Positions 8,887-12,324 of a stretch of 12,324 nucleotides of DNA are shown here, piece by piece. Origin of the DNA: Gemmatimonadota bacterium (GTDB lineage Bacteria > Gemmatimonadota > Gemmatimonadetes > Longimicrobiales > RSA9); the NCBI GenBank assembly GCA_040905425.1, contig JBBDRO010000081.1, positions 19,598 through 31,921 on the forward strand, given 5' to 3'. The translations under genes were made by a program, and so were the position numbers. Under the pieces are notes generated by a model that saw only the letters and a program-made list of their open reading frames with translations, made no database searches and was not told where the DNA came from. Each line of letters starts with the position of its first letter. Within the stretch, counting starts at the first letter, position 1.

Positions 8887-8915
8887 TTGACCTCCAGCCC
8901 CGCCGCCGCTACTTT
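8887..8915 (+). promoter_or_regulatory. Sigma-70 promoter of the cold-shock gene
   Basis: TTGACC (8887-8892), 17-bp spacer, TACTTT (8910-8915). Predicted +1 near 8921-8922, exactly where the structured leader begins. Confidence 0.75.
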
Positions 8916-8921
8916 CAATCT

Positions 8922-9111
8922 TGCACGAGTGAGGCTTCAGGCCCAACCGGGCCCTGGAGCGAAGAAACAAGGACCAGGGCGCTCGCGCTCAGGTCCTTTT
9001 TTTTCATTCGCTGCACGCCCGCGGCGGGGGGCGAAAACGCCCGCACAGTGATGATCGATGGGTACGGACATACCGCACCTCGAGTCATCCACACCCAGAG
9101 GAGTTGGTATG
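8922..9111 (+). promoter_or_regulatory. Structured 5' leader of the csp gene (attenuator plus SD/AUG-masking switch)
   Basis: Hairpin 8934-8960, terminator hairpin 8969-8998 with T8, alternative pairing 8951-8957 with 8974-8980, closing helix 8922-8932 with 9004-9015, and CATACC/CCTC complementary to the AUG and SD regions. Confidence 0.65.
8969..9004 (+). terminator. Intrinsic terminator inside the csp leader
   Basis: AAGGACC-A-GGGCG-CTCG-CGCTC-A-GGTCCTT, with a run of 8 T at 8997-9004. Confidence 0.75.
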
Positions 9112-9318
9112 CGTACCACGGGAACCGTGAAGTGGTTCAATGACAGCAAGGGCTTCGGCTTCATCACGCCGGAGGACGGTTCGAAGGACTGCTTCGTCCA
9201 TCACTCGGCCATCCAGGGCAGCGGCTTCAAGTCGCTCGCCGAAGGTGATCGCGTCGAATTCGACATGATCGAGGAGGCCAAGGGCCCCAAGGCCCAGAAC
9301 GTCTCCCGCGTGGAGTAG
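9109..9318 (+). CDS. cspA: Cold-shock protein (CspA family), 69 aa
   Basis: GAGGAG SD and ATG 9109. [11 protein letters not shown]1 KGFGFI, RNP2 [21 protein letters not shown] and KGPKAQNV. The exact csp paralog cannot be assigned. Confidence 0.97.
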   Translation: MRTTGTVKWFNDSKGFGFITPEDGSKDCFVHHSAIQGSGFKSLAEGDRVEFDMIEEAKGPKAQNVSRVE

Positions 9319-9324
9319 TTCAGC

Positions 9325-9390
9325 CGGGCGGCCTTGAGCCGCCCGAGCACAGAGGAGCCCACTCCGCCACGTGCGGGGTGGGCTCCTTTG
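9325..9390. terminator. Tandem hairpins / terminator between the convergent csp and 91-aa genes
   Basis: CGGGCGGC-cttga-GCCGCCCG (9325-9345), then AGGAGCCCACTCCGC-cacgt-GCGGGGTGGGCTCCT (9353-9387) followed by a short T tract. Confidence 0.7.
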
Positions 9391-9414
9391 CGTGGGGGCA
9401 CTGCCGCGCCGGAC

Positions 9415-9690
9415 TCAGCCGCGGAAATCGCTCGGCGCCACGAGCACGTTGGATGCGGCCGCGAAGAACGGCTGCTTGGGCCGGTCCGTGAACGCCAGCT
9501 CGAGGAGGCGGCTGCCGTCGCCCGTCCTGCCCAGGATGCGCACCACCTCCGCCAGCCCCTCGGAGCACTGCACGTGCCCGCCCACATCCGGCAGACGCTC
9601 CGCGCCGCTCACCCAGCCGGGCCGTTCGGCCGCGAGCACGCGCAGAGTCTCGGGCGCGATGCGTTTGCTGGTATTGCCGTAATCGGACAT
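9415..9690 (-). CDS. Small hypothetical protein, 91 aa (possible small beta-barrel)
   Basis: Fills the gap between the csp terminator and the next gene, with GC3-biased codons and protein-like composition (VGGHVQCSEGLAEVVRILGRTGDGSRLLELAF...FFAAASNVLV). Has its own promoter candidate upstream. Confidence 0.7.
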   Translation of the reverse strand: MSDYGNTSKRIAPETLRVLAAERPGWVSGAERLPDVGGHVQCSEGLAEVVRILGRTGDGSRLLELAFTDRPKQPFFAAASNVLVAPSDFRG

Positions 9691-9744
9691 GGAGCCTGTT
9701 GGCCGCGGGAATCCGACGGCGGGACGTGTTCCCGCCGCTGCATA

Positions 9745-9773
9745 AATCTAGCACCGGAGGAATGGATCACCAA
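9745..9773 (-). promoter_or_regulatory. Candidate sigma-70 promoter of the 91-aa gene
   Basis: Minus strand TTGGTG (9773-9768), 17-bp spacer, TAGATT (9750-9745). An 8-bp hairpin (9717-9737) would sit at the transcript 5' end. Confidence 0.5.
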
Positions 9774-9785
9774 AGGCGGGAGTCG

Positions 9786-9814
9786 TTGCCACCGCCCCAG
9801 CCGCGTCCTACCTT
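9786..9814 (+). promoter_or_regulatory. Sigma-70 promoter abutting the start codon (leaderless-type)
   Basis: TTGCCA (9786-9791), 17-bp spacer, TACCTT (9809-9814). ATG 9823 follows 8 nt later with no SD. Confidence 0.6.
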
Positions 9815-9822
9815 CGCGCACC

Positions 9823-10332
9823 ATGCTGACGATACGTACATCGACGGTGCTGGTCTGCGTGCTCTGTGCCGGCTGCGCGTCCGTGGGTGGCAGGCAGGAC
9901 CGGACCCTCACAGCCGAACAGGCCCGCGAAGAGGCCGCCGCCCTCGAGGTGGCGCACGCTGCACTCGCGGCGATCAGCCGCGAGGACATGGTGGCGTTCA
10001 CGGATCTCATGATCGATGAGGCACTGGTCCTGCCGGTCTGGGAGCAAAACGGCACGGTGCGCTACAACGCTAGGACGCGTGCGGCGGAGCGGGCGCGCAC
10101 CCTCGACGCGGACATCGTGGAGCGCGGCTTCGATCCGACCGTGCGCGTCTCCGGCCCGGTCGCTTCGGTCTGGCTCCCATACGATCTCTACATCGATGGC
10201 GCGTGGTCCCACTGCGGAGTGGACACGTTCACGATGGTGCGCGTCGACGGCGCGTGGCGTATCGCGTCGTTGGCGTGGACGGTGGAACAGCCGCCGCAGT
10301 GCAGGCGGCATCCTGACGGTCCGCCGCCATAG
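9823..10332 (+). CDS. NTF2-like (SnoaL/DUF4440-like) lipoprotein, 169 aa
   Basis: Hydrophobic signal with lipobox CAGC. NTF2-like strands PTVRVSGPVASVWLPYDLYIDGAWSHCGVDTFTMVRVDGAWRIASLAWT. The upstream part of the 9334 ORF is not protein-like. Confidence 0.85.
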   Translation: MLTIRTSTVLVCVLCAGCASVGGRQDRTLTAEQAREEAAALEVAHAALAAISREDMVAFTDLMIDEALVLPVWEQNGTVRYNARTRAAERARTLDADIVERGFDPTVRVSGPVASVWLPYDLYIDGAWSHCGVDTFTMVRVDGAWRIASLAWTVEQPPQCRRHPDGPPP

Positions 10333-10345
10333 CGCGCTGGGCCCG

Positions 10346-10374
10346 TTGCTTGGGACCACCCGCTCCCCTACCTT
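10346..10374 (+). promoter_or_regulatory. Sigma-70 promoter of the TPP riboswitch-thiC transcript
   Basis: TTGCTT (10346-10351), 17-bp spacer, TACCTT (10369-10374). Predicted +1 near 10380-10381, immediately before the aptamer P1. Confidence 0.65.
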
Positions 10375-10381
10375 CGAGAGA

Positions 10382-12324
<1,943 letters not shown>

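Noticed and set aside
8929..9051. 40-codon GTG-started ORF in the csp leader as a possible leader peptide
   Set aside because: No SD, no regulatory codon cluster, and it runs through the terminator rather than ending before it.
10361..10371. CGCTCCCCTAC nearly complementary to the riboswitch segment GTAGGGAGCG
   Set aside because: Lies within the predicted promoter spacer/-10, upstream of +1, so it would not be in the riboswitch transcript unless read through from the upstream gene.

Overview
GC-rich bacterial chromosomal window, probably Gemmatimonadota (inferred from gene content and style only). Gene order: signal peptidase I (lepB); a sensor histidine kinase remnant with a large internal deletion (-); a secreted DUF885 protein; Lon protease carrying a ~77-aa acidic insertion, preceded by a candidate sigma-54 promoter and two tandem dyad enhancer-like sites; an AbrB/MazE-type antitoxin and PIN (VapC) toxin pair with a palindromic operator; a frameshift-split DUF3667-like membrane protein gene; a beta-propeller lipoprotein (-); a cold-shock protein; a 91-aa hypothetical gene (-); an apparently leaderless NTF2-like lipoprotein; and a TPP riboswitch followed by thiC, which runs off the window inside an 18-bp in-frame minisatellite. 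The most interesting element is the ~190-nt leader of the cold-shock gene. It contains a complete 1:2 / 2:3 / 3:4 transcription attenuator, a long-range closing helix, and a second switch that can mask the SD and AUG. I do not recognise it as a known RNA family. All family calls come from motifs read by eye; no database search was run.
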